This document shows positions 19,245 to 28,875 of a stretch of 64,000 bases of DNA, in pieces (position 1 is the stretch's first letter; each line of letters begins with the position of its first letter). The position numbers and the translations under genes are program-made. The notes under the pieces are model-generated. The model did no database searches. It was not told where the DNA came from and worked only from the letters and a program-made list of their open reading frames with translations. Source of the stretch: Campylobacterota bacterium (GTDB lineage: Bacteria; Campylobacterota; Campylobacteria; Campylobacterales; Thiovulaceae); NCBI GenBank assembly GCA_030152305.1, contig JASKOM010000010.1, positions 10,797 to 74,796 on the forward strand, written 5' to 3'.

Positions 19245-21125
19245 TCATAGGTCTCGGACACAAACCACGACATTATCATTAGTCTGATCATACCAACCGT
19301 CATAGCCATAATTGAAATCAACAACCCATGAACTGGAACTATTATATTTACTTATACTCCAATACCACGAACTTGCGATGTTTTTGAATTTTGACTTATT
19401 GCTGTAAGCTGTATTTAGCTCATCCTTATTTGGCAATCTCCAATCTGACAAACCTAATAAATTTAGATTTTCACAATAACTAACTGCACTGTTCCAATTC
19501 ATTGCTTTCGGCAAATCTTTATCCCCAAACATCAAGTTACCAACTGAAACAGTATTTGCTTGTATGTATTGTTGTTTAACTTCATCGATTGTTCCAGAAT
19601 ATAGTTTTCCTCCAAAATTAACAAAAGCTCCAACTGCTTTAAGATTGCTATCTAACTGAATATTTACATTCTTAACATTTTCTTTAAAATCTTTTGCTTC
19701 ACTTCTTGGAACTTGCATAACGATTACAACAGGATATATTCTGCCAAATATCGAACTTACAATTATGTCAAATTCCTGCCGTTCAGCCGTATAGGTCATT
19801 TCAATTTTTTGATCTCGCAAATACGAATTTAAAAGATCACTTTTTGCTAAACCTAATCTAGCCTTATACTCAATTTCTGTTTCAAATTCATCTTTTGGAA
19901 GATTTATTTTAATTGCAACATCAAAATTTGATGTATTAACATCACGATATTTAAAATTTATTCCATTCCAAATTAATAATTTTTCAGAATTTGAGACAGC
20001 TTGATTATTTGTGCTTACAAGTGTTACAGGCAAATTTGTATCTCGGTCAAGTTCAATTTCAACAGTTTTGTCTAAATAGCCATCGCGAGAAACACGAATT
20101 TTATATTTGCCACGAGAAAGTTTGACCTCATCGCGATATCGTAAATCGGAGTCGAGAAACTCAATTTTGCTATCAGCAGGAAAAGGTTTAACAGTTAAAT
20201 AAAAATCAGTTCGTCCATCGGTTTCCGAAAGAATCTTTGGTTTGCTATTCGGAAAAGTAAAAAAGAATTCGCCAGTTGTTTTATCATAACTTGCGGGACT
20301 TTGCTGACGATTTGAATCTTTTTCAACATTTGCCCGAACAATTTTAAAAACATCATTTAACGGAATGCCTTCGGAATTGAGAGCAGTTAATAAATGTTCG
20401 GTAAAAAGTCCATTTTTTCCTGAACCATCACTTGCCTCTTGACCAACATCAGCCGAATATGCAATATAAGTTCCTTTTGCAGTTGGCGGAGTTGATAAAC
20501 CTCGAGTCGAACCAACAACTCGCGAAGCGAGACTTCTATTCGTGAAAGGATCATTTCGACAAGCATCAAGAACAACGATATTTAATCGATTTCCAGAATT
20601 CTCAAGTCGATATAATAAATCATTCAACGAAACCCCGCTATTTTTTATATCTAGTTCATCATCAATTTTTGCATCAACGGGAATCAAATAATTATTTCCT
20701 CCCATTTCAAGCCCGTGACCAGCATAAAAAACCATTCCAACACCACCAGATTTTAAATCCTTTGAGAAAGATTCAATTTCAGAAAGCATTTGCTCACGGT
20801 TTCCATTTCTAACTTCACGAACAGCAAAACCTAATTTTTTCAAAGCCTTAGAAATATCTGAACTATCATTAACGGCATTTTTCAACTTTCGCAAACTCAA
20901 ATAATCGTTATTTCCGATAACAAGAGCCGATCGTTTTTCATTGCGATATTCTCTAACTTTTTTAACTGCTCGGTCATCCAAATTATTAATAACAGCAAAA
21001 TTATCACTCGCTTTTTTATTATTTTCTTGACTTTGAGATTGTTCAGCAGTTCGGACATTTTTATCAGCACCGCAACCACTTAACAAAATCGAAGCCATCG
21101 AAAAAGCCAATAATTTATTTTTCAC
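19245..21125 (-). CDS. Caspase-family (peptidase C14) lipoprotein with a C-terminal DUF1566 (Lcl C-terminal-like) domain
   Basis: Lipobox LLSGC. Caspase His/Cys dyad context: YAGHGLE and VVLDACRNDPF. The C-terminus has SDWRLPNKDELNTAY...WYWS...VVCVRD, typical of DUF1566. Confidence 0.75.
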   Translation of the reverse strand: MKNKLLAFSMASILLSGCGADKNVRTAEQSQSQENNKKASDNFAVINNLDDRAVKKVREYRNEKRSALVIGNNDYLSLRKLKNAVNDSSDISKALKKLGFAVREVRNGNREQMLSEIESFSKDLKSGGVGMVFYAGHGLEMGGNNYLIPVDAKIDDELDIKNSGVSLNDLLYRLENSGNRLNIVVLDACRNDPFTNRSLASRVVGSTRGLSTPPTAKGTYIAYSADVGQEASDGSGKNGLFTEHLLTALNSEGIPLNDVFKIVRANVEKDSNRQQSPASYDKTTGEFFFTFPNSKPKILSETDGRTDFYLTVKPFPADSKIEFLDSDLRYRDEVKLSRGKYKIRVSRDGYLDKTVEIELDRDTNLPVTLVSTNNQAVSNSEKLLIWNGINFKYRDVNTSNFDVAIKINLPKDEFETEIEYKARLGLAKSDLLNSYLRDQKIEMTYTAERQEFDIIVSSIFGRIYPVVIVMQVPRSEAKDFKENVKNVNIQLDSNLKAVGAFVNFGGKLYSGTIDEVKQQYIQANTVSVGNLMFGDKDLPKAMNWNSAVSYCENLNLLGLSDWRLPNKDELNTAYSNKSKFKNIASSWYWSISKYNSSSSWVVDFNYGYDGWYDQTNDNVVVCVRDL

Positions 21126-21179
21126 TATTCCTCCTTTCGTTAATTTATCAAATCAAATTTTAACATGACAAAAAACGGA

Positions 21180-21653
21180 TTATCTTTTAAAATCTCCATT
21201 TTTGCCACCGCTTTTTTCTTCTAATCGAATATCAGAAATTATCATGCTTTTATCAACGGCTTTTACCATGTCATAAATAGTTAATAAACCAATTGAAACA
21301 CCTGTTAAAGCTTCCATTTCAACTCCAGTTTTACCAGAAACTTTAACGGTAACAAATAATTTGAATTCGAAGTTTGCGATATTTTCTTCGATTTCGCAAT
21401 TGATTCCTGATAATAAAAGTGGATGGCACATCGGAATTAAATTTGAAGTTTGTTTTGCTCCCATAATCGAAGCAACAACGGCAGTTTGAAGAACTGGACC
21501 TTTTTTACCAGTTTCATTTAATACAGTTTCAAAAGCAAGACGAGACATTTTGATTTTGCCACTTGCAATTGCTGTTCGTGTTGTTATATCTTTATCGGAA
21601 ACATCAACCATTTTTGGTCTATTAAAATCATCTAAATGTGAAAGTTCGTTCAT
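21180..21653 (-). CDS. moaC: Cyclic pyranopterin monophosphate synthase accessory protein
   Basis: 157 aa with [21 protein letters not shown] and [14 protein letters not shown] motifs. Confidence 0.9.
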   Translation of the reverse strand: MNELSHLDDFNRPKMVDVSDKDITTRTAIASGKIKMSRLAFETVLNETGKKGPVLQTAVVASIMGAKQTSNLIPMCHPLLLSGINCEIEENIANFEFKLFVTVKVSGKTGVEMEALTGVSIGLLTIYDMVKAVDKSMIISDIRLEEKSGGKNGDFKR

Positions 21654-21667
21654 ATTTATTTTTGCCT

Positions 21668-21841
21668 TTATAAAATATCTGGAGCATGTGGTGGAAATTC
21701 TGAACTATCAGTTGTTGGAACAGGATGAGGAACAGTTGTTGGATTTTGAACGACATTATCATGTGTAATATTAGTTTCGACATCTCCGCAAGATATAAAA
21801 AATAGCGAAATTACCGCTAAAAAAGAAAACCTCATCGACAT
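21668..21841 (-). CDS. Small (57 aa) putative lipoprotein, below the ORF-track length cutoff
   Basis: Manual translation gives [57 protein letters not shown]. There is a signal peptide plus lipobox. The start lies 2 nt after the upstream gene's stop. Confidence 0.4.
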   Translation of the reverse strand: MSMRFSFLAVISLFFISCGDVETNITHDNVVQNPTTVPHPVPTTDSSEFPPHAPDIL

Positions 21842-21842
21842 A

Positions 21843-24392
21843 TTATTTAACCCTTATGCTAGAAATTTTGCCATTATTTAAAAATACAAGATGTGTTTTG
21901 CCATCTGATTCGTTAAAAAATAGCGATCGTTGATCAGTTGAAGCTCTTGAAATTGTTCCCAAAGAAGAAAAACCGTTTGTTTGGCTATTTTTTGCAACTG
22001 TAAAATTGCCATCAATATTATATAAATATAAGCCCGTTTGAGTTGTTAAATTTGTCGCTCCACCTTCAGAATAAATTGGTAATGCGAGAATTCCGTTTGA
22101 AGTATCATAAGCTAAAGCTTCGATATTTAAAAAGCTATGAGTTTTATTATAATAATCGCCAAAGACTTTTTGATATTTTTTTGCTGGTTTTGTTAAATCT
22201 TTCATGTCAAATAATTGAAATTTAATTCCACCTGCACTTCCACTTTCTTCGATATATCTGCCAACAGAAAATAATTTATTATCAGCTGACGAATATTTAA
22301 TTAATTCGCTATCAACTCCTAAATCGATAATTCCACTTTTTTTTGGGGCTGTTTGACTTGATAAATCTAAGATTTGAAAACCTCGATTATTGCTATTTGG
22401 TGAAGCAATTGCCAATTTGCCATAAAACTTAATGCCACTTAACGAATAAAGCGATTCGACAAGTTCACCGACTTTTCCGACGGTTGCCATTTCACTATTT
22501 TCTTCGTTTAGAACATATAAAGCTCCGCTGTTTTCTTTTTCATCATTTTTAACATCAAACGAATAACCGTTTCGAGATGCAACTCGTAAATAGCCGTCTA
22601 ATTCGTCAAGCCAAAATTTATTATCGATTTCGCCGTCGATATATCCAGTTGCTCGATATTCGATCATTGGAAAAAATGAAAGTTTATGAACTTCAGATCT
22701 TTTTTTGGTCTCTTGAAACGATAAATGATGAGGTGCAGATTCGCCTGAAAAATATAAACTGTTTTTGCCAAATGATAAATTTTTATATTCACCAAATATC
22801 GATTCAGTTCGAGATAATTTTCCGCTAACTGTGTCAATTTGTGCAATTGTCGTAATTGACGAATTAACATCTAATTTTGATGAAGCTAAAAATCGGCTTG
22901 GATCGATTAAATCGATAAAATTTACTGTTCCACCAATTTGATATTTTGGAAGCGAATAGCTATTTTTTATCGATGGATTTTCATAGTTATATCTAAATAG
23001 TTTTTTTGTCGCCGTGTCTTTTTCGACATCGTAACATTTGATTCTGTAATCATTTGAATCTTCAGGATAATTACATGGATCGCTATTTGAAACCCATTCT
23101 TTTGGATATGTTATTTCGATACATGGCTGAAAAGTTGAAACTAAATATAACGACGAATCAATCATTCGAGCTTCAACGGCTGAACCGTCAATAAATACAT
23201 GTTTTTCATTTGAAAAACCGATTGGTTGTGAATTAATATCATAAACCGAAATTGCTGTTTTATTTGCTCGACATTGATTAGCAAACGAACTATTCGAATC
23301 GAAATCATTTAAATCAGAAATTACGATTAATTTATTTCCAGCTGTGAAAAACTCACGAATCGACGAAGTTCCTTTTGCAAAACTTATCGAAAAAGCCATT
23401 GGTGTTTTATTTTGACTATAAAGCATGTCATCAACGGCAATTGCACTTATGCTTTGATTACCGCTTTTATAATAAATAATTCTATTTTTTTCTTTTAATA
23501 AATTTGCCTGTTCAACACCTGTATATTTTGATGGCAAACCAGTTTGATTAACGATACTATTTGAAATATTGCTAGTTTGTGAAGTTGAGCTTGAACTTGT
23601 TGATGATGAAGTTAAATTAGAAGCTGTGTAATCATCTATGACTTCGGTCCAGTTCCAATATTTTTTTTCTCGATTGCCAACTAATGAAGCCTTTTTTATA
23701 TAAGTTTCAACTTCAGAAATCGTTTTGAAAGTTCCAATTGTTTCAGAAATTGCATCAGCTTTATATGTCGATAATTTTCCACCAACCATTGATAAATCGA
23801 TTTCTCGATCTTCAGGTGAATAAACCCAATAGCCATCTTTACTATTTACCTCATCGACTTCAGGAAAAGATAAAACTTCATATTTTTGATTTGTTTGCCA
23901 GTTACTATTTAATGAATTGTATCTCCATAATTTATAACCGTCAAATAATTTTTGTGAATAAACTGCATCAAAAGGCAATGAAATTAAATTCCAGCCTTTA
24001 TATAATTTGATATTAGAAATATCTAACGATGAGGTAGTTGGTGTTTCGGTTTCATCGATAATTAAACTCCAATCAACTTTGCTATAAACCCATAAACCTT
24101 GCCATCGTTCAATAAAATAAATAGGATCGAGTCGTCGTTCTTCGATGTTTGTTTTTAGCTCTTTTTCAGGGGAATAGCCTTCCCATTTAGCTGTTTTACC
24201 ATTGTAATACCAGACAAGACGAACATTATCGTTATTAAAAGCTTCAGAAGCTCTAATATCAGTTGGAAGACCTATTAATTGCCAACCAGATTTTAATTTT
24301 AATTGAAACTCAACCGCTTCGAGTTCATTAAAAATCATGACAGAAGAAAATATAGATATTTTTAAAAATTTAAAAATGCGAAATAGAGACAT
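21843..24392 (-). CDS. Secreted protein with two N-terminal GWxLIxLP...GYWV modules and a C-terminal beta-propeller domain (COG4880-like)
   Basis: Signal peptide. The modules are SGWQLIGLP...GLWVYS and KGWNLISLP...GYWVYS. There is a Ser-rich linker. The C-terminal pattern (LYSLSGIKFYGKLAIAS...FQILDLSSQTAPKKSGIIDL) resembles the Beta_propel family. Confidence 0.55.
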   Translation of the reverse strand: MSLFRIFKFLKISIFSSVMIFNELEAVEFQLKLKSGWQLIGLPTDIRASEAFNNDNVRLVWYYNGKTAKWEGYSPEKELKTNIEERRLDPIYFIERWQGLWVYSKVDWSLIIDETETPTTSSLDISNIKLYKGWNLISLPFDAVYSQKLFDGYKLWRYNSLNSNWQTNQKYEVLSFPEVDEVNSKDGYWVYSPEDREIDLSMVGGKLSTYKADAISETIGTFKTISEVETYIKKASLVGNREKKYWNWTEVIDDYTASNLTSSSTSSSSTSQTSNISNSIVNQTGLPSKYTGVEQANLLKEKNRIIYYKSGNQSISAIAVDDMLYSQNKTPMAFSISFAKGTSSIREFFTAGNKLIVISDLNDFDSNSSFANQCRANKTAISVYDINSQPIGFSNEKHVFIDGSAVEARMIDSSLYLVSTFQPCIEITYPKEWVSNSDPCNYPEDSNDYRIKCYDVEKDTATKKLFRYNYENPSIKNSYSLPKYQIGGTVNFIDLIDPSRFLASSKLDVNSSITTIAQIDTVSGKLSRTESIFGEYKNLSFGKNSLYFSGESAPHHLSFQETKKRSEVHKLSFFPMIEYRATGYIDGEIDNKFWLDELDGYLRVASRNGYSFDVKNDEKENSGALYVLNEENSEMATVGKVGELVESLYSLSGIKFYGKLAIASPNSNNRGFQILDLSSQTAPKKSGIIDLGVDSELIKYSSADNKLFSVGRYIEESGSAGGIKFQLFDMKDLTKPAKKYQKVFGDYYNKTHSFLNIEALAYDTSNGILALPIYSEGGATNLTTQTGLYLYNIDGNFTVAKNSQTNGFSSLGTISRASTDQRSLFFNESDGKTHLVFLNNGKISSIRVK

Positions 24393-24460
24393 AGATTTTG
24401 ACCTTAAAGTCGAGATTTTTAAATAACGATCGCCTATATAACAATATTTTTTTAATATTA

Positions 24461-25156
24461 TTAAAGTTGAAAATTTTTTAAAATAGGAGAACCGAAAGAA
24501 TCAAAAGAGACAATATATAAATTATCAACTAATATTTTTTCGTTGAGAAGATATTTTAAACCTAAATTAGCTTGAAACGATGCAATATTCATAACTATTG
24601 GAGTTGAAACACCGCGAGGAGTCTGTTGCAAATTTTTTAATATATTAAAATTGCCATTTTTAATTAAAGCAAAATGACCATAAAAAGCCTCAACGGCTCC
24701 ATAAACCCACGGAATATTTTTACTTTTTGAAAAATTATCGATTTCTAATCTGCTATTAAAATTATCAGTTGCATCAAAAATTAAATCTAATTTTTCAGAT
24801 TCGTCGATCATATTTTTTATAAAATCGTTAAAACTGCCAACAAACGGAATGATTTCCGAAAAAGGCGATCTATTTTTTTGTCGTTCAGCTCCAATAATTG
24901 CTTTTAAATTATCAACATCATTTATAAAAAAAGATATTTGTCTATGAATATTATGAACAGCAATATAATCAAAATCGATAATAAAAATTTTGCCAATTCC
25001 AATTGAACCGAGAGCATATGCGAGTGAGCTTCCAAGCCCACCAGCTCCAACAATTGCGATTTTTTTATCTTGAAGACTTTTTTGTTTTTCAAGCCCCCAA
25101 AGATCGATCTGTCGTTTAAAATAAACTTCAAAATCGATATTTGTTATTTCGCTCAT
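24461..25156 (-). CDS. ThiF/MoeB/HesA-family E1-like adenylyltransferase
   Basis: 231 aa with the Rossmann loop IVGAGGLGS. It overlaps the upstream epimerase gene by 4 nt. Confidence 0.8.
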   Translation of the reverse strand: MSEITNIDFEVYFKRQIDLWGLEKQKSLQDKKIAIVGAGGLGSSLAYALGSIGIGKIFIIDFDYIAVHNIHRQISFFINDVDNLKAIIGAERQKNRSPFSEIIPFVGSFNDFIKNMIDESEKLDLIFDATDNFNSRLEIDNFSKSKNIPWVYGAVEAFYGHFALIKNGNFNILKNLQQTPRGVSTPIVMNIASFQANLGLKYLLNEKILVDNLYIVSFDSFGSPILKNFQL

Positions 25157-26079
25157 AATTTTAAAATACCAGTTTTAAACTCTGTGAAATTATCAAAATT
25201 TAATAAATTAATAATTTTCGAATTATCAGCTCGAGATTCTCGAATGTCGCCATTTCTAGCTTTTACAAAATTTGGCTCTAAATTTATATTATATTTATTT
25301 TTTATAATATTAAATAAATCTAAAATTGTCGTTGTTTTTCCAGTTCCAACTGCAAAAATTTCACCTGCAACATTTTTATTTAACATCGATAAAATATTAA
25401 TTTGAGCTACATCTTTGACATAAACAAAATCGCGATTTTGCAAACCGTCGCCATAAATATTTGCTGTTTCGCCTCGTTTTAATCGATCTTCAAAAATCGA
25501 AATAACACCAGAATATTCACTTGATGGATCTTGTCGTTCGCCATAAACATTAAAATATCTTAACGAAACAGTTTCTAGTCCATATAATTTATTATAAATA
25601 TTCATATAATATTCGCCAATTAATTTTTCGTAACCATATGGCGAAATCGGGGCTGTTTTCGAATTTTCATTTTTTGGCAAATTTGGTTCGTCGCCATAAA
25701 CGGCTGCACTGCTAGAAAAAACAACTCGTTTTATATTATATTTTTTTGAAAGTTCCAAAATATACAAAGTTCCAAGAACATTTACAGAATTAGAAAAAAC
25801 TGGATCTTCAATCGATTTTTGAACTGATGCAACCGCCGCCAAATGAAAAACATAATCAGGCTTTTCTTCGGCAAAAATTATTTCTAATTTATCAAAATCG
25901 CGAATATCAACAGCATAAAAAACAAAATTATCTTTCGATAAATTATTTAATAATTCGATATTTGATCTTGAACTGCTATAAAAATTATCAATTCCGATTA
26001 CTTTTTCGCCGTTTTTTAATAATTCTTCAGCTATATGCGAACCGATAAAACCAGCAACACCAGTAATTAAAAATTTCAT
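25153..26079 (-). CDS. NAD-dependent sugar-nucleotide epimerase (GalE-like)
   Basis: GVAGFIGSH Rossmann motif, SSSAAVYG, and catalytic YGYEK (YxxxK). Confidence 0.85.
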   Translation of the reverse strand: MKFLITGVAGFIGSHIAEELLKNGEKVIGIDNFYSSSRSNIELLNNLSKDNFVFYAVDIRDFDKLEIIFAEEKPDYVFHLAAVASVQKSIEDPVFSNSVNVLGTLYILELSKKYNIKRVVFSSSAAVYGDEPNLPKNENSKTAPISPYGYEKLIGEYYMNIYNKLYGLETVSLRYFNVYGERQDPSSEYSGVISIFEDRLKRGETANIYGDGLQNRDFVYVKDVAQINILSMLNKNVAGEIFAVGTGKTTTILDLFNIIKNKYNINLEPNFVKARNGDIRESRADNSKIINLLNFDNFTEFKTGILKL

Positions 26080-26082
26080 TTT

Positions 26083-26511
26083 TTAAATTCCTGTGCTTCC
26101 AAAACCGCTGATTCCTCTTGCAGTTTCTGAAAGTTCCGCGACCTCATCGAATTGAACTAATTCAACTTTATTAATTACACCTTGAGCGATTCGTTCGCCA
26201 ATAGCAATATAAAAATCATTTTTGCCATGATTAATTAAAATTACTTTTAATTCGCCTCGATAATCGCTATCAACAGTTCCTGGACTATTTAAAACGGTAA
26301 TCGAATGTTTCAGTGCCAAACCGCTTCGAGGTCGAACTTGCAATTCATAACCTTTTGGAAGTTCAATCGACAAACCAGTTGAAACAAGAGCAGATTCACC
26401 ACTTCGAATAACTAAATCTTGGACAGACGAAAAATCAAAACCAACTGAACCGTCAGTTTGATAATTTGGAATTTTTGCATTTTCATGCAATTTTTTAATT
26501 TTTATTTTCAT
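26083..26511 (-). CDS. dut: dUTP diphosphatase
   Basis: GSVGFD, RPRSGLALKH, GTVDSDYRGE and RGISGFGSTG motifs. Confidence 0.9.
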   Translation of the reverse strand: MKIKIKKLHENAKIPNYQTDGSVGFDFSSVQDLVIRSGESALVSTGLSIELPKGYELQVRPRSGLALKHSITVLNSPGTVDSDYRGELKVILINHGKNDFYIAIGERIAQGVINKVELVQFDEVAELSETARGISGFGSTGI

Positions 26512-26996
26512 GCAAACATCTCTTTCACATATTTAATTTTTATAACTTCGAATTCCCGTGTGCCTTTTGAACCTTTAATTTCAAAGGTTTCACCAACTTT
26601 TTTACCAATAGCAAAACTTGCAATCGGCGAATGATAAGAAATAATATTCCGCGAACTATCAGCTTCATAGCTACTAACAATCGTATAAATTTCTTCAACT
26701 TCTGTATCTACATCAACAATAGTAAAAGTTGTGCCAAAACTGACTCGAGATAAATCAACTTTTGAAGGTTCGATAATTTGTGATTTAACTAACAAAGCAT
26801 TAAGTTCAGCGATTTGTTTATCGATCATTCGTTGTCTTTCACGAGCGGCATGATATTCAGCATTTTCTTTTAAATCGCCGTGTTCTCGTGCTTTTTCGAC
26901 TTCATTCATAACTTTTGGTCTTTCAACTGAAATTAATTCTCGTATTTCTTTTGATAACCGTTCAAAACCTGCTGGTGTTAAAAACTCTTTTTCCAT
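26508..26996 (-). CDS. greA: Transcription elongation factor GreA
   Basis: 162 aa. N-terminal coiled coil with GDLKENAEYHAAR, plus a C-terminal FKBP-like domain. Confidence 0.95.
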   Translation of the reverse strand: MEKEFLTPAGFERLSKEIRELISVERPKVMNEVEKAREHGDLKENAEYHAARERQRMIDKQIAELNALLVKSQIIEPSKVDLSRVSFGTTFTIVDVDTEVEEIYTIVSSYEADSSRNIISYHSPIASFAIGKKVGETFEIKGSKGTREFEVIKIKYVKEMFA

Positions 26997-27243
26997 AAAT
27001 AAAATATTCCTTTAAATTTTTTCGTATATCTAATTATTTATTTTAACACATGAAAAATAAAGATAATAAAGATTAACGATAACGATGAGGTAAGTTACAT
27101 AAAAAATAAAATTATTGTTGCTATTGTGTAAATAAGTAAGTTACCTTATCGTCGATTAAACGATAAGGCTTTTGAGATTTTTGAGAATATTTGTTATTTT
27201 GTAGTCCAAAAATTAGACAAATTAATGTAATAGAGTTTGAATT

Positions 27244-28800
27244 TTATTGAGCTTGTTTAACCCACATTCCAGCACCAGCAGGAATAAGTTCAGTTCCAAC
27301 ATTATCAGATGTATTTAAATCATGGATCCATGAGCCTGTTCGATTTGTATCAGTGTTTATTTTCCAGTGATAAATATCTACATTTGTCGATGAGGTTTTA
27401 TTTAAATCATCGTATTTATATTTACCAGCTGATTTATCTGTTGCAACAGAAGTTGTAATATTTATATCTTTTCCTGTGCTATTTCCGAGAATAACCCATT
27501 GATTAGCTACGGGCAAGTTTCTAACAATATCCGCAAAATCTGAAGTGTTAATTTTAGTAGAACCACCATCATTATCTGTTCCGTTGTAATCTGAAGCCAT
27601 TACATCATATAAAGTATTATTTGCATAACTGTTTGTTTTTATCCAATAACCTCTACCAGCTGTCATTTTTTCAGGATTTGCATTCCAGTTATAACCAGAA
27701 TTGTATTCCCAACCCCAAATTACTTTAGCTTTGTTGATTTTAAAAATCTCATTTGCATTTGTGGATTTGCCATTTGGAAGAGCAATTAAGTTCCACATGT
27801 TATTAACGACGGATACATTTTTATCACTTGAATTTGTTCCAAGTTGTGTTAAAAGCGGAAAACCATTACTTCGATAAAAAACATTTGAATTACTTCCAGA
27901 TATATTTACTTTTGCTGAACTGTTAAATTCAACGGAACTATCGATATTATAAATAGCATATTTGCCAAAAGTTGAATTATATTCGAGGGAATATTCGTTT
28001 AATGTTAATGTGCCAAATGTAAGATTTTGATCAGAAGTTCGAGAGTCATTCGAATTAACAGTTTCATTTAAATCAACTAAAATAATTGAACTATTTGAAT
28101 CCCAAATAAAATTTAGTGAATTAGCGGAGTCACTTAATTCTAAACTTGAATAAGATCCATTAAGATCATAAGTTGTGTTATTTTCTTTAATTGATAAATT
28201 CATGTCAGGAATACCATCACTTGGTATAGTTTCATTTATATCATATAAACATATAGTTCCAATACTACTATTATAGTCAATACTATAATTTTTTTCAGCA
28301 CTGCTAACATAAGCAACTATCGTTAAATTATCATCATTTATTGATAAATTACATTCAAATGTAACATTAAAATCTATCAACAAAGTTTTATTTGTTTCTG
28401 TGTCAATATAAACATTTATGCCGTTGTTTGTTGAATTAGTTATTGAATAGCTTCCGTCAAGATATTTATCTTTTGCAATAAATAATCTTAAGTCGTTGCG
28501 AGTGTTATCTCGAATAGTTGAAACATTTGCTTCACCAATTGTGTAATAATTTGTGTTTCCGCTATTTGAACTATAATAAATCGAAGCATTATTATCTGTT
28601 GAATTATTATCAATTGTGAAATTAGCATCAGCAGTTGCATTTTTCCAAGTTGAACTTAAAGATGAAACATTAAAATCTATTTTGATTTTTGCATATGTTT
28701 CTAAGTCAAGCGAAGCATTTAAATCAGTGTTTGAATAAAGATTATTTGTCAAAGCAAAAACTGTTGCAATTGACAATCTAGCTATTTTTTCTATTTTCAT
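27244..28800 (-). CDS. Secreted Asn-rich surface protein, extremely dense in D/E-X-N-X-S/T sequons, with C-terminal GWxLIxLP...GYW modules
   Basis: 518 aa with a signal peptide. I count 27 extended bacterial N-glycosylation sequons by hand. The C-terminus has MWNLIALP...GRGYWIKT and AGAGMWVKQ. Confidence 0.7.
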   Translation of the reverse strand: MKIEKIARLSIATVFALTNNLYSNTDLNASLDLETYAKIKIDFNVSSLSSTWKNATADANFTIDNNSTDNNASIYYSSNSGNTNYYTIGEANVSTIRDNTRNDLRLFIAKDKYLDGSYSITNSTNNGINVYIDTETNKTLLIDFNVTFECNLSINDDNLTIVAYVSSAEKNYSIDYNSSIGTICLYDINETIPSDGIPDMNLSIKENNTTYDLNGSYSSLELSDSANSLNFIWDSNSSIILVDLNETVNSNDSRTSDQNLTFGTLTLNEYSLEYNSTFGKYAIYNIDSSVEFNSSAKVNISGSNSNVFYRSNGFPLLTQLGTNSSDKNVSVVNNMWNLIALPNGKSTNANEIFKINKAKVIWGWEYNSGYNWNANPEKMTAGRGYWIKTNSYANNTLYDVMASDYNGTDNDGGSTKINTSDFADIVRNLPVANQWVILGNSTGKDINITTSVATDKSAGKYKYDDLNKTSSTNVDIYHWKINTDTNRTGSWIHDLNTSDNVGTELIPAGAGMWVKQAQ

Positions 28801-28834
28801 ATTTTCAAATTTTCCGATCTGAATTAATTAAAAA

Positions 28835-28863
28835 AGCCTCACAAAAAATTAATTATGAGGCTT
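28835..28863 (-). terminator. Rho-independent terminator after the 1465-aa gene
   Basis: AAGCCTCA / TGAGGCTT stem. On the minus strand it is followed by TTTTT. Confidence 0.6.
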
Positions 28864-28875
28864 GTGAGAGTTTTC

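Noticed and set aside
25153-26079. GalE-like epimerase next to the sequon-rich proteins, considered as evidence of a pgl N-glycosylation locus
   Set aside because: It is a single generic SDR epimerase flanked by thiF-like, dut and greA genes. No oligosaccharyltransferase, glycosyltransferase or flippase genes are in the window, so the link would be speculation.
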